64,000 nt of DNA, from IMG/VR virus record IMGVR_UViG_3300018868_001080; one strand, given 5' to 3'. The notes below the pieces were generated by a model that was given only the letters and a program-made list of their open reading frames with translations, was not told the origin of the DNA and made no database searches. Source of the DNA: a virus. Below, one piece after another: positions 48,176-58,926 of this stretch. The position numbers were made by a program, and so were the translations under genes. Position 1 is the stretch's first letter. Every line of letters begins with the position of its first letter.

Positions 48176-48934
48176 ATGTACACAGAAGTACAGTTAGCTT
48201 CGACGCTTAATAAGCAATACTTGCCTGGGGCTCGAGCTTTTTTACGAAGTTTGGTTAAACACAACAAAATTAATTATCTTTATAATTTCTTTATCTTTGA
48301 AGACATTACTAATATTGATAAAGAATCACTAAAACTCATTTATCCTCACATCAATTTCATTGAAATAAACAAAGAAGAGTATGCATACTACAATACTAAC
48401 GATATTTTTCGAAATTGGGGGTTCAATTGTTTCAATAGATTTGAAATATTTACTTTACAATGTAAGAAATTAATTTTTTTTGATTTGGATATGATTGTGC
48501 TACATTCATTGGAAGAGCTCTTTGCCAGTGATGTGCGTTTTGGTTCTGTTGAAATAGAATCTTTTGGTAGATTGGACCATCCCACAAGAAGAATGTTTGA
48601 TGGTGGCCTGATGGTAATATCAGAAGAGTTTTTAACACACAAAACAAAAGATAAATTGATTGAAATATCTAAACTCAAGCAATGGTCCAGTGACGAGCCA
48701 GTTTTAAATCTATTCTTTGAAGATGTCATCACATTTTTACCTAAAAAATACAACATATTGAGCTATGAATATGGTAAACACAGAAACAATTGCAGCATGC
48801 TGCAATATGTCGGAGCCAAGAAACCGTGGGCAGGCAATGCCATACAGGATGTCTTTGATGAATATGTTATTAAAAAGTGCAAAGTCACAGAACTAACCAA
48901 AATGCAAAGGATATTCAATACCTATGCAAGTTAA
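48176..48934 (+). CDS. Glycosyltransferase family 8
   Basis: FFDLDMIV (DxD), F.GGLMV, DE..LN, YN, QYVG.KKPW. Confidence 0.9.
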   Translation: MYTEVQLASTLNKQYLPGARAFLRSLVKHNKINYLYNFFIFEDITNIDKESLKLIYPHINFIEINKEEYAYYNTNDIFRNWGFNCFNRFEIFTLQCKKLIFFDLDMIVLHSLEELFASDVRFGSVEIESFGRLDHPTRRMFDGGLMVISEEFLTHKTKDKLIEISKLKQWSSDEPVLNLFFEDVITFLPKKYNILSYEYGKHRNNCSMLQYVGAKKPWAGNAIQDVFDEYVIKKCKVTELTKMQRIFNTYAS

Positions 48935-49667
48935 TGCATTTTTTCATGGCAACAAGTTGAGCATGATGGAAAGGCTCACTGTGCACAGTTTCTTAAACAA
49001 CAACTGCAAGTTTAAACTCTTTAGTTATGACAAAAACTTCTGTGATATCAAGCACCACAATTTTGAATTGATAAATGCAAATGAAATACTGCAGCAAAAG
49101 CATTTCTTCACTTACACAGGCAATGGTGATTGTCCTGCAAACAGTGTGGGCGGGTTTTCAGACATCTTTCGATTCAAAATTTTACAACAATTACCTGGTT
49201 GGTATGTGGACATGGATGTGACTTGCTTGAGAAGTTTTGATGAATTAGCAGATACCCCTATTATATTCAGACCCAACGAAAGATATGGTGCAGTAGCGAA
49301 CATAATAAAATGCAATAACAGAGATTTTATTGATGATGTGTTGCAAGAGTATCACAAGAGTATTAATGCATCAAACAATGATTGGGTAAAACCGCTGGAT
49401 ATCTTTTATGACACAATAAAAAAACATCAATTGCAAAAGTACATAGTAAACAAGACACGTTTCGGTAACGACAGCTCCAAAGATGTCATGGATTATATTG
49501 ATAAAAACGTTTATGAACTCTCCTTTATACCTGAATATGCTATCCATTGGTGCAATACAGCCTGTACAACAGCTAATTGGAACAAGCGCTTAAAGGTAGA
49601 CTGGAATCTTCCTAGACCTGCATCACTATATTTCTGCTTATTGCAGAAATATGGCTTAATAAAATAA
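48924..49667 (+). CDS. GT32-like DxD glycosyltransferase (Gb3/alpha-1,4-type)
   Basis: ERL...SF, DA/NA.EIL, FSD.FR...L....GWYVDMDV.CL. Confidence 0.85.
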   Translation: MQVNAFFHGNKLSMMERLTVHSFLNNNCKFKLFSYDKNFCDIKHHNFELINANEILQQKHFFTYTGNGDCPANSVGGFSDIFRFKILQQLPGWYVDMDVTCLRSFDELADTPIIFRPNERYGAVANIIKCNNRDFIDDVLQEYHKSINASNNDWVKPLDIFYDTIKKHQLQKYIVNKTRFGNDSSKDVMDYIDKNVYELSFIPEYAIHWCNTACTTANWNKRLKVDWNLPRPASLYFCLLQKYGLIK

Positions 49668-49670
49668 TAT

Positions 49671-50126
49671 ATGCCAACAGCATTGCAATACATGGTGAAG
49701 TTTAAGAGTATTTACGGTAACAATTACACGCAAATATTAAAAAAATACTTTGGTTTTTATCCTTTTGATGTTCTTGATCTGGATAATAAATTGTATATCA
49801 CTCAAGAAGAATTTGTTAATGCAGATCACCCCATTAATATAACTACATCCAAACAAAAATGGTCTTTCGGGTTAATCAAGAGCGAAGACAAACAATTCAA
49901 ATTAAATCTTACACCTGATCCTGATTTAACATACATGGCAATCTGGAAGACCATAACCAACAAAACTATTGCAACAAAAACAATGTATGACCGGGTTATT
50001 TTAAATTTGGATAAAATTTTTTACGTTGATGGTGCTAATTTTGTGCTCTTGGATAAACAGTACCAGAAGCAATTTAAACATGTGCTTGCAGCATATGAAC
50101 AGTACAATAGATTGTTGAAATTATAG
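49671..50126 (+). CDS. Hypothetical protein
   Basis: 151-aa ORF 3 nt after the preceding stop; no motif recognised. Confidence 0.55.
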   Translation: MPTALQYMVKFKSIYGNNYTQILKKYFGFYPFDVLDLDNKLYITQEEFVNADHPINITTSKQKWSFGLIKSEDKQFKLNLTPDPDLTYMAIWKTITNKTIATKTMYDRVILNLDKIFYVDGANFVLLDKQYQKQFKHVLAAYEQYNRLLKL

Positions 50127-51095
50127 TTTTTTTGCAGGAGTCGATGAATGGTATTTGTTGAAATCCTGACTAAACGCATCACTGTAAAATTCATCATCCA
50201 GTAATTCATGTTTTTTATCGCGATGCCAACTGGAAAGACAGTTGGATACATATGATTTGCCTCCTTGCATATCCAAATCTTTTAGCGTTGCAAATTCTGA
50301 TATTGTATTGCTACTATTGAGCTGATGATTTTCAAATCTTTTGCCTGAGCAACCCAAACACCACTTGCAGCTCTCGAGAGGTTTGGTTGAAAACAAAAAA
50401 TTAAAAAGCTTTCTTTCAGTTAAGTTACTATTCAAGGCAATTGAATCGTTATTCTTAATCAACAATGCACTAAAATCACCCTTAATAATTTTCTTAAATT
50501 TTTCCAAGAATTTTGCTTTCTTTCTTGCTGCAAAGCATCTGTACAAACGACCTTTATAAACAGAATAAGAATCCTTCTTGTGATAACAATTGTCAAATAT
50601 CTTTTGAACTAGCTTGTCGTCAGTGTTCTTCTCAATTAAATTAAATTTTAAGAACGTCTTGATGTGATTCTCTACAATATTATTATGCTTGAGGGACTGT
50701 TTTAATTTTTCAACATGATGCAATATTTTATTGAATGTTTCTTTGTCATGATTGTATACACTAATTCTGATATCATCAAACAACTCTAAAGTGTTATAAT
50801 CAATTGTGTCCAATAATAGCCCATTTGTAAAAATAGAGAGTTTTTGAGCTATGCAGTGTTCTTTTACCACTCTTGCCCAACTGGCAATCTCTTTATTTAG
50901 CAAAGGCTCGCCACCCACAAACCGAAAAACCTTGCATTTCATAAATTTGGATAAAATTGCTACATCGTCGTTGAATTCATTCAATGAATATATAGAGTCA
51001 GACTTTTTAAAATGTGGTGATAGATGCGAACACTGAGCACATCTCAAATTGCAATGCTCTACAACGTCTACTTCTATGTCTCCCACACTGATCAC
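50121..51095 (-). CDS. Radical SAM enzyme
   Basis: CNLRCAQC (CxxxCxxC), GGEPLL, TNG, additional C-terminal cysteines. Confidence 0.92.
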   Translation of the reverse strand: MISVGDIEVDVVEHCNLRCAQCSHLSPHFKKSDSIYSLNEFNDDVAILSKFMKCKVFRFVGGEPLLNKEIASWARVVKEHCIAQKLSIFTNGLLLDTIDYNTLELFDDIRISVYNHDKETFNKILHHVEKLKQSLKHNNIVENHIKTFLKFNLIEKNTDDKLVQKIFDNCYHKKDSYSVYKGRLYRCFAARKKAKFLEKFKKIIKGDFSALLIKNNDSIALNSNLTERKLFNFLFSTKPLESCKWCLGCSGKRFENHQLNSSNTISEFATLKDLDMQGGKSYVSNCLSSWHRDKKHELLDDEFYSDAFSQDFNKYHSSTPAKKL

Positions 51096-51132
51096 TATAT
51101 TAATTTAGTATGTGTTATAAGTTATCATAGGC

Positions 51133-51801
51133 ATGATTACCCTTAACTACAATAATATTGATGACAATCTTAATACACAAGGTGTTCTATTGCTTGAAGG
51201 CATATTTTTAAATGAAGTAGATGCATTTCTAAATTGTTTAGACATCAAGATTGATACTGATCGATATCAGAAGGGATTATTTAACGGTGATTTGATGAAA
51301 TATGGTATTAATAATTTTTTTAATAACGCTACAATTGCCAAAATAATTAACAAGCGTTTTCCACAAGGCGCAGTCTACTCTAATAATTGTTTCTACCGAT
51401 CTTTCAAAAATTGCACTGGCACCAGAGCACATGCAGATCACGTGTACTTCAAGCAAGAGAAAAAATTCGTTACAATCTGGGTGGCGATTGATGATATAAC
51501 CATAGACATGGGGCCTTTGTATGTGTTTCCGCATGATATTTCATCAAAGATTACAGATAGTGCCTACCTCAACCAACAAATTGACAGCAATGACACAACA
51601 AATAATGAAGGCTGGCAAGCTGCAGTTATTAATAACATTGAATACCCTCTGCACACCAAAGACTTAAAAAAGGGTGATTGCTTTATCTTTAATTCTGACA
51701 TAGTGCACGGCACACTTGATAATCTTACTGACAAGCCACGTCAATCTCTTGATATGAGAGTTGCAGATTCGCAAAATTACGACAAACGGTGGTTTAACTG
51801 A
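51133..51801 (+). CDS. PhyH-like 2-oxoglutarate/Fe(II) dioxygenase
   Basis: HAD, TIWVAIDD...GPL, GD...F...IVHG, RQSLDMR. Confidence 0.9.
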   Translation: MITLNYNNIDDNLNTQGVLLLEGIFLNEVDAFLNCLDIKIDTDRYQKGLFNGDLMKYGINNFFNNATIAKIINKRFPQGAVYSNNCFYRSFKNCTGTRAHADHVYFKQEKKFVTIWVAIDDITIDMGPLYVFPHDISSKITDSAYLNQQIDSNDTTNNEGWQAAVINNIEYPLHTKDLKKGDCFIFNSDIVHGTLDNLTDKPRQSLDMRVADSQNYDKRWFN

Positions 51802-52564
51802 ACAATGTGTTCTGCAAATCTGGTCTGGCTGTAAGTGACCAGTATATTGCTACAACTTCACCACCTTTATAGACACCAAAAAATTCAGGCGCTAAATTAT
51901 AATGCTTTTTGAAATGATCAACAAGTTCGTCGACCACTTTATTTTTGAGTGAGAACAAGAACTCCTCCACATCATTGTTTTTATTGAAGTTATTATCATG
52001 CACAGAAATTATTTTTGATTTATTTGCAAATTCTGTATATTCAAAATGATCAACGCCTTCACAACTTATATTAAATTTGTCTGAAATATAAATCTTATCT
52101 AGTGGGTGCCTGTAATAGAAATAATTCTTCTGCTGTTTCACACCATTCATGTACTCAAACGACACCCCTGTCTCTGAGTTCAAATCATAATTCTTGGAAA
52201 CAAATGCAGGTTTTTTAAATTCGTGATAATCAGCATATACTTTCTTATGTGGATCAAATTTTATATGAAAATAATCTATAGGAACGAAATCTTTTGTAAT
52301 TTTTTTGCCAAAACACAAGCTAGACTCTCTTGCAGGGTTCCAATACGGCATAAACTTAAAAAAATCTCTTTCTGTAGGCAAAAATCTGCACACTTCATCA
52401 CTATTATACTGCCGATCGATCTCGTAATAAACTTTAAACGATTCAATTACTGTAGAAACATTAAAAGATATTAAGAAAGCAGGTCGTTTTTTATTTTGCA
52501 GAGTTTGTATATCTCTGACAAAATTCTGCACATGCTTATTTTGTGTGTATGCCTGTATATTCAT
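51794..52564 (-). CDS. Hypothetical protein (possible ABBA-fold prenyltransferase-like)
   Basis: 256 aa with repeated beta-strand K-x-Y motifs (FKVYYE, KNYFYY, AIYWS); fold guess only. Confidence 0.45.
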   Translation of the reverse strand: MNIQAYTQNKHVQNFVRDIQTLQNKKRPAFLISFNVSTVIESFKVYYEIDRQYNSDEVCRFLPTERDFFKFMPYWNPARESSLCFGKKITKDFVPIDYFHIKFDPHKKVYADYHEFKKPAFVSKNYDLNSETGVSFEYMNGVKQQKNYFYYRHPLDKIYISDKFNISCEGVDHFEYTEFANKSKIISVHDNNFNKNNDVEEFLFSLKNKVVDELVDHFKKHYNLAPEFFGVYKGGEVVAIYWSLTARPDLQNTLFS

Positions 52565-53318
52565 CTTTATCCTTAAAATTTATGACTATGCTTTGCGTTA
52601 AGCCTGTAGGCTTGGCAACCAACTCGTTATTCTTTATACACTCAAGTGTGGCTTGTTCTGCGTTTTTGTCTGTAATTTCACCATCTGCATAAGAATTGCC
52701 AACAAATTCATAGTTTTCGTTTCTCTCTTTATTTGTGTTGTATATAAATTTTATAAACTTATGGTCATACACAATTTTCTTGATACCGCTGCTCTCAGCT
52801 CTGAGTTTCAAATCAGAATCAATGAAGCTTCTTGTGACCATGTTTCTTTTATTTTCATTGTAGCCACCAAGCTCAATAAACTTGTCTTTAAACATGGCTA
52901 TTCTGCCTGCAACATCGCTAATCTTGGTCACTGTTGTTAAGAACTCATTGTGCTTGAGCTTGAGGACTTCTGTGATGTAGTGTTTGTCCACGAATGTATC
53001 CACATCTACATTAACAACTATATCTCCACAACTATAATAATGTGCAATATTCTTACTGTTGGCTTCTTTAAAGTATTTTGCCTCCACTCTTATTAGTTTA
53101 AATTTTTTAATTTTAATTAATCTTTTAATAAAAATATTCGTCTTAACATAATCACTCAACCCATCAGTGCTGCCGTAGTCAACCAACACAAATTCAAAAT
53201 TCTTCAAACTGTCAGACGCTGCATTATAATTTTTAAAGAAAGTTTTCTTAAAGTAATCTAACCTGTTCATACATGTGGTACAAAATGATATATAACTAGC
53301 ATTATGTTTAGTAGTCAT
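52536..53318 (-). CDS. GT2/GT7-type glycosyltransferase (galactosyltransferase-like)
   Basis: ISFCTTCMNR, LVDYGSTDG, KN.A, VNVDVD, GGYNE...D.DL..R; start set to ATG 53318. Confidence 0.85.
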   Translation of the reverse strand: MTTKHNASYISFCTTCMNRLDYFKKTFFKNYNAASDSLKNFEFVLVDYGSTDGLSDYVKTNIFIKRLIKIKKFKLIRVEAKYFKEANSKNIAHYYSCGDIVVNVDVDTFVDKHYITEVLKLKHNEFLTTVTKISDVAGRIAMFKDKFIELGGYNENKRNMVTRSFIDSDLKLRAESSGIKKIVYDHKFIKFIYNTNKERNENYEFVGNSYADGEITDKNAEQATLECIKNNELVAKPTGLTQSIVINFKDKDEYTGIHTK

Positions 53319-53328
53319 AAATAGGCAT

Positions 53329-54462
53329 ATGGGTGTAGAGTTTAATAGACACAATCTTCAAACTAATTTTATTTACACATATGATGCAGATTCTCAATCT
53401 TCATCACGGTTTGATTTCTTAAAAAGAGTACCCAAAACTCTATATTTTGGAGCTGCTAACAGCTGCAAGCAGTCATGCCTTTTTTGCCACTCCAAAGATC
53501 TCAGACACAAAGGACAAAATCTATGCTGGAATGACTACATCAAATGCTTGGATAGTTTCAAGAAATTGCCAATAGATTATGAATTTTGCTGCCTAGCAGG
53601 CGGTGGTGAGCCCATGTTATACAGAGACAGTGGCAAAACTGTCAACGATCAAATCCTAGCTGCACATGAAAGAGGATACAAAGTTTATCTCATATCTGCA
53701 GAAAATGATTACAGTACAATTTCAAAGGATGCAGCAGCAGCATTGTTTAACCTAAGAATTTCATTCACAAGAATAAACGAAAAAAATAATACTGCAGGCA
53801 TTGAATACAACTTTGGCCATATTGCAGAAGAAAAAATCAAAGGATCATATATCATGTATGATGATACACTGCCCAAGTATGATTCAGATGTTGAGCAGTA
53901 TCAGAGAGCAAGAAATACACGGGAATGGCTTTACCATGACAAAACAACGAATGAGATCATTGACAAAATTATTTTAATACATGAAAAATACTCATTCCTT
54001 GATCAAACACGAATATCTCCTGATTATTTTCTTAATGTTGATGATGCAGAAAAACTTGTTAAGCGGTTCAAATACAGGCTATTAAAGAACAACTTCAACT
54101 TGAATCGATTTGAAATTGATACCTCACATGCCAGGCAGAGCCGGTTTACCCCATACAGAGAAAGCTGCATTGAGGGACTATTAAACCCAACTGTGCATCC
54201 AAGATATGCCGATGGTGATGCAAATGATGATGGAAGCTTTATTGTTAGTTGGTGCCGGCAGCATGTGTTTAATAAGAAAACTTTTGATGATCGTTACTTT
54301 ACATGTAGAATAGATGATATTTTAGAAACTTTCAACAAAACAATAGAGAACTATATTCAAACAGGTGCACCACATCTCGAAGCTCCCAGTATTTGCACTA
54401 TGTGCTGTGCATCTAAGATGCAAGAAGCAGCACATAAGAAATATAAGCAACTCGAAAAATGA
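53329..54462 (+). CDS. Radical SAM enzyme
   Basis: CKQSCLFC, GGGEPML, C-terminal C...WC...CxxCC; TAAATA 5 nt upstream. Confidence 0.88.
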   Translation: MGVEFNRHNLQTNFIYTYDADSQSSSRFDFLKRVPKTLYFGAANSCKQSCLFCHSKDLRHKGQNLCWNDYIKCLDSFKKLPIDYEFCCLAGGGEPMLYRDSGKTVNDQILAAHERGYKVYLISAENDYSTISKDAAAALFNLRISFTRINEKNNTAGIEYNFGHIAEEKIKGSYIMYDDTLPKYDSDVEQYQRARNTREWLYHDKTTNEIIDKIILIHEKYSFLDQTRISPDYFLNVDDAEKLVKRFKYRLLKNNFNLNRFEIDTSHARQSRFTPYRESCIEGLLNPTVHPRYADGDANDDGSFIVSWCRQHVFNKKTFDDRYFTCRIDDILETFNKTIENYIQTGAPHLEAPSICTMCCASKMQEAAHKKYKQLEK

Positions 54463-55595
54463 ATTACTGTCTTTTGCCCTGGCTTCACCAGTTTGTTAAT
54501 ACAGACGGTAAAGTATATCCTTGCTGCAAGTTGGCTGGTGTAGACAAGTTTGTATTGGGTGATGTTAATCAGCAGTCATTAAGAGAGATATGGGCAGATT
54601 TGCCTATGAAAACCATGAGAAAGGATTTTAAAGATCAAAAGTATCCTAAAGAATGTTACATGCAATGCTTTAATAACTCTAATCCTCTGAATGTGTTTAT
54701 AAGCAATACCTACAAGCAGGATAGACAGAATATATATAATACTACAGACAGTGACGGTACATATCCCTTTAATTTAAAAATCTTAAATCTTAACGAGTCT
54801 AATGTTTGTAATCATAAGTGCCTATATTGTAATAAGGATTATTCATACCTGCTAGATGAGAACAAGAAAATTCAAAAAGCATACAATACCCCTGAAGCTT
54901 TAACAAAAGATATTGACAGTGTTATAGAAGGCGTGGAGCAAATAATTTTTGCATCAGGTGAATCCGTGCTTCAGCCAGGGTACTATTATATACTTAAAAA
55001 AATAAAAGAAAAAAATTTAAAATTAAAGATAGATTTTATTACTAATTTTTCTAAAACATCTTATCTCAATTATAATATTTTTGAGATATTAAATGATTAT
55101 GAAAATGTTACGTTGTTTGCAAGTATAGATACATACGGCAAAAGACAGGAATATATACGCAAAAATAGTAGCTGGAAAGTTATAGAAGAAAATAGACTAA
55201 AATTGAACAACTATAAAAATATAAAATTTGCTGTGCATAGTGTAATTTCAAATCTAAATGTATACACGTTGCCTGATTTTCATATGGATTGGTATAGCAA
55301 AGGGTACCTCGATAAAGACAATTTACGTTATCTAATACTAACATCACCAAAACAATTCCATGTGAGTGTAATTCCTGAAAAACTTAAGAGCGCCGTTAAG
55401 GACAAATATCAACAATATCAAGAGTTTCTTGGAAATTGTACAGACACTACTATTAACCCAATTGCGCCTAGCAATAAAATAGGGGCAATATTAAAAGAAA
55501 TGCAAAGGAGTGATGTATACAGTTTAAAAGCCTTTCAAGATGAGTTCTACAAAAATGATTTTTTAGATATTTTTGAAGAATTTGATATATGTTGA
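54459..55595 (+). CDS. Radical SAM enzyme with N-terminal SPASM/twitch domain
   Basis: C.LPW....V..DG.V.PCC...LG......L.EIW; CNHKCLYC; SID..G...EYIR..S.W. Confidence 0.92.
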   Translation: MNYCLLPWLHQFVNTDGKVYPCCKLAGVDKFVLGDVNQQSLREIWADLPMKTMRKDFKDQKYPKECYMQCFNNSNPLNVFISNTYKQDRQNIYNTTDSDGTYPFNLKILNLNESNVCNHKCLYCNKDYSYLLDENKKIQKAYNTPEALTKDIDSVIEGVEQIIFASGESVLQPGYYYILKKIKEKNLKLKIDFITNFSKTSYLNYNIFEILNDYENVTLFASIDTYGKRQEYIRKNSSWKVIEENRLKLNNYKNIKFAVHSVISNLNVYTLPDFHMDWYSKGYLDKDNLRYLILTSPKQFHVSVIPEKLKSAVKDKYQQYQEFLGNCTDTTINPIAPSNKIGAILKEMQRSDVYSLKAFQDEFYKNDFLDIFEEFDIC

Positions 55596-56146
55596 TACAT
55601 GTTAAATTGGATACATTTGAAATAGAGAAAATTTTAAATGAGTTCCCAGGTATATATAACTTCATACAAGATGAAAATAATTGGGGATACTCTCTGGAGC
55701 TGGAAGAGTTTTTTAATGACAAACAGTACATGTATAAAACGTTTAATATTGCTGATGATAATGATGCGTCAATCAAGCGAACTAATATTATTAACAGTCT
55801 TAAGGCACAGAAGAATAATAAGATTATTTTAAACAAACTAATAAAGCCAGAAAATTATATTGGCGAGAAAAATCAGATTTACTTCATAAGACAACCAGCT
55901 GATTATGCACAGAGATTAGTTGATATGCATATATACAATAAAAAACATAATTGTAATTGGAAGTACGACGCAATTCTTCATTTTTGTAAAAATAAATATA
56001 AAACAAACAAGGATTATGTGGCTTTTTATAGATGTGCAACAGAGCAATTAGAAATTATAAAGAATAAATGCAATACCGAGAACATAAAACTCATAGTTAT
56101 TGAACCGGGAAAAGAATTTAAAGATTATTTTATTAATCTCAAATAA
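55589..56146 (+). CDS. Hypothetical protein
   Basis: 185-aa ORF overlapping the upstream radical SAM gene; no firm motif. Confidence 0.55.
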   Translation: MLIHVKLDTFEIEKILNEFPGIYNFIQDENNWGYSLELEEFFNDKQYMYKTFNIADDNDASIKRTNIINSLKAQKNNKIILNKLIKPENYIGEKNQIYFIRQPADYAQRLVDMHIYNKKHNCNWKYDAILHFCKNKYKTNKDYVAFYRCATEQLEIIKNKCNTENIKLIVIEPGKEFKDYFINLK

Positions 56147-57354
56147 GGCACCTCTTTAAATACATCTATACCCAAGTCTTTGCACATTTTATTCAAAAAG
56201 AATAGAGTGTACGGGCTTGCAAGTGGTGTAACACCATTCTTTATATAGTTGGAAAAATTATTTAACTCTGTATCTATTGTATTGTGGTGAAAATTCAATT
56301 CACTAGTATGGTGTCTTACAGTCTCAGCGTACTGCTGGTATTTGTCGTATATCCTGTCCCTTACAGATTGCGGCAAAACCTCAACACTCAAAAAATCATA
56401 CACAGGATTTAATACTATTTGATTGACATTGATTATGCCGTCGCTATAAAATCTACGATGTATATCTAAAACATGCTCTGCGTTTAAAATACTAACAGAG
56501 CAATACAGGTTGAAATCCACATTAGGCAACGATTTAAATTTCTTAATATTGCTGTATACTGTCTCAAAGCTGATACTTGACGGTCTTATGAATTTAAAAT
56601 AGCTATCCATGCCGTCAATGCTACCCAACAATATAACCTTGTCAAAATGTAGCAGGATGTCAGCAATTTCATCTGTAAAAATACTGCAATTAGAATGATA
56701 GATTAACGTCTTGTCTGTGCGCTTATCTGCAATTAACTTATTGAGAGTGTAAATGTGGTCTTTTGTAAGAAATGGCTCTCCAGAATATCCAAAGTAAATA
56801 AACTTTGAATCTCTTACTATGCTATACATATCATCTATCATTTTCTCTCTGATACTTTTTTCTGGGTTGTAAAAAGCAAATTTCTCTGTGTCCTTTTTAT
56901 CCATATGTGAAGATGATCTGTCATCTGTGCACATGACACATTTAAAGTTGCACAAAGTGTTTAGGTTCACAGCGCTAAAAATATAATCCCCAGATTTTAA
57001 GCTATAATCGATGTTCAAATTCTCCATGGCTTTGTCGTAATAGGAAGAAAGCGTGGTATTCATGGCATCACGCAAGCCTGAAAGATTATTGCTGCTGTGT
57101 TGCTTGCAAATTCTACATCCAGAATTAATGACCTCCGAATTTTCATTATTCTCAATCATGTCCTTTCTTAACTGCTTAAAATATTCAGTATTTGAAAGTT
57201 CAAATATGTTGCTGTCTATCTTGAGATCTGGTTTTAATGTTTCGGATTTCCAGAAGATTGGGCAAGGTGAATAATATCCATGCAAGTTTCTGGCTCCAAT
57301 AAATGGAAACATGCAGAATGTTTTGCTTTTCTTGAGATGAAATTCTTTATCCAT
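56125..57354 (-). CDS. Radical SAM enzyme with N-terminal SPASM/twitch domain
   Basis: FC.FPF...YSPC..., CxxC, CNFKCVMC...SSS, GEPF, SIDG.....FIR. Confidence 0.92.
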   Translation of the reverse strand: MDKEFHLKKSKTFCMFPFIGARNLHGYYSPCPIFWKSETLKPDLKIDSNIFELSNTEYFKQLRKDMIENNENSEVINSGCRICKQHSSNNLSGLRDAMNTTLSSYYDKAMENLNIDYSLKSGDYIFSAVNLNTLCNFKCVMCTDDRSSSHMDKKDTEKFAFYNPEKSIREKMIDDMYSIVRDSKFIYFGYSGEPFLTKDHIYTLNKLIADKRTDKTLIYHSNCSIFTDEIADILLHFDKVILLGSIDGMDSYFKFIRPSSISFETVYSNIKKFKSLPNVDFNLYCSVSILNAEHVLDIHRRFYSDGIINVNQIVLNPVYDFLSVEVLPQSVRDRIYDKYQQYAETVRHHTSELNFHHNTIDTELNNFSNYIKNGVTPLASPYTLFFLNKMCKDLGIDVFKEVPYLRLIK

Positions 57355-58099
57355 TTAAATGTAGTAACATATTATTATCCAATAATTTATCTGAATATAT
57401 GATTCGAAAGTCCAATGAAGACCTGACACCATGCACATCAAGGCTGCAGTGCAGAAAATTCTTTAAAAAAACAACCGCATCACCAAGGTTCAGATTCCTT
57501 GCAATTAAAGAATCTAAATCATTATTAAATTCATATTTTATATCTTCATGTGCGTCATAATTTTTCTCCAGATATTTTGCAACGTTTTTGTTCGTAACTC
57601 TCGATTGTATCAAAGATAACCGCTTGTCCAAAGATTTTTCTTTTGATTTTTCAGAAAATTTATACATTGCAACAGGTCCATGCTCGAGTGTTACGTCTGT
57701 TAACGGTACCCATACTGTAAAAAATGGTAAGTTATGAATAAGATCTTCATCCTTATGCAAGTAAGTACCTTCATTGTTCTTCATATACCTGAACACAACA
57801 TGATTGGCTATGTATAGATTGGAAAAAGAATTTTTGAGAGTCGTTAGTAATTTACTTGTCTTGATTTTTGATAAAATATATTCATAGGTTTTATCTGGAT
57901 AATAGAAGTTTTCTCGATATTTTATGCTTTCTTTATCAGTGTCTTCGCGCCCCTTCATATATGCAGATGAGTCAAAATCTAAATCAATCACGTCCTTTGC
58001 AAAAATGTAACCATTGTGTAACAGGGTTTCTTTGAACTCTGCTGTGGTGTTATATTCAGGAGTTACAACTTTTACAGGTTTGCTATTGAAAGTTATCAT
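57347..58099 (-). CDS. PhyH-like 2-oxoglutarate/Fe(II) dioxygenase
   Basis: HKD, TVWVPLTDV...GP, GDAVVF....LH.S, RSSLDFR. Confidence 0.88.
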   Translation of the reverse strand: MITFNSKPVKVVTPEYNTTAEFKETLLHNGYIFAKDVIDLDFDSSAYMKGREDTDKESIKYRENFYYPDKTYEYILSKIKTSKLLTTLKNSFSNLYIANHVVFRYMKNNEGTYLHKDEDLIHNLPFFTVWVPLTDVTLEHGPVAMYKFSEKSKEKSLDKRLSLIQSRVTNKNVAKYLEKNYDAHEDIKYEFNNDLDSLIARNLNLGDAVVFLKNFLHCSLDVHGVRSSLDFRIIYSDKLLDNNMLLHLNG

Positions 58100-58140
58100 T
58101 TTACTACTAAATTAATTAATCGTATAAAGATCGAAGTCAA

Positions 58141-58926
58141 ATGTCCAAATATTTTTGCTCCATTATTTCATGCAATAAAAACTTGAATACAAGAATCACT
58201 CAATTTCTTACAGAGAATCTGTGCGCTCTGCTGGATGCAAATAATGTTAATAATTTTATTTTTGTTGGTGCTTCCGAAAAAGTTGTAACACATAAGAAGG
58301 TTGTGAGGCTTGATGTGAGTGACGATTACTTTTCCTTGAGATACAAGGTGCTGCGAGCACTAGAATATAGTCTTGCTTACGATTATGATTATTTCATAAA
58401 AATAGATGATGATACTTTCTTTGATTTTAACAACATAGACATGCTTCAATTCAAAGACTATGATTATGTTGGTAATTTTCTAAGCTATAAAAATCTATTA
58501 AAAATACAATCCCACCATGTAGCATATTTAAAGAGCAAAGAAATTAACAATCAATTGCCACAGCAATACTTCAATAATGAAATAGGCGAGTTTTCTTACG
58601 CTGCAGGTGGGTTTTATATGTTATCTAGAGGTGCTGTAATTAAAATACTGGATACACTCAAATTACTTGATGCCGAGCCTTGCATAAAACAAGAAGATGC
58701 TTTCATAGGATATTTGTGTAGCTTATGTGGCGTGAGATCACTGGATATATCTGATAATTTAGATTTTTACGACGTTTCAAAGTATGAAATATTTTGTCAC
58801 CCTGTTAGTAATTTTGTTAACAAGAAACTATTATTAACAAATAACAGAAGAGAGACATTAAGAAAATATACAATTCTTAGCAAGTACTATGCATCTAGAT
58901 TAAAAAATAAATTTTGTATCACGTGA
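58141..58926 (+). CDS. GT31-family (beta-1,3-galactosyltransferase/Fringe-like) glycosyltransferase
   Basis: D.Y..L..K, YFIKIDDDTF, YA.GG.Y.LSR, ED.FIG. Confidence 0.88.
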   Translation: MSKYFCSIISCNKNLNTRITQFLTENLCALLDANNVNNFIFVGASEKVVTHKKVVRLDVSDDYFSLRYKVLRALEYSLAYDYDYFIKIDDDTFFDFNNIDMLQFKDYDYVGNFLSYKNLLKIQSHHVAYLKSKEINNQLPQQYFNNEIGEFSYAAGGFYMLSRGAVIKILDTLKLLDAEPCIKQEDAFIGYLCSLCGVRSLDISDNLDFYDVSKYEIFCHPVSNFVNKKLLLTNNRRETLRKYTILSKYYASRLKNKFCIT

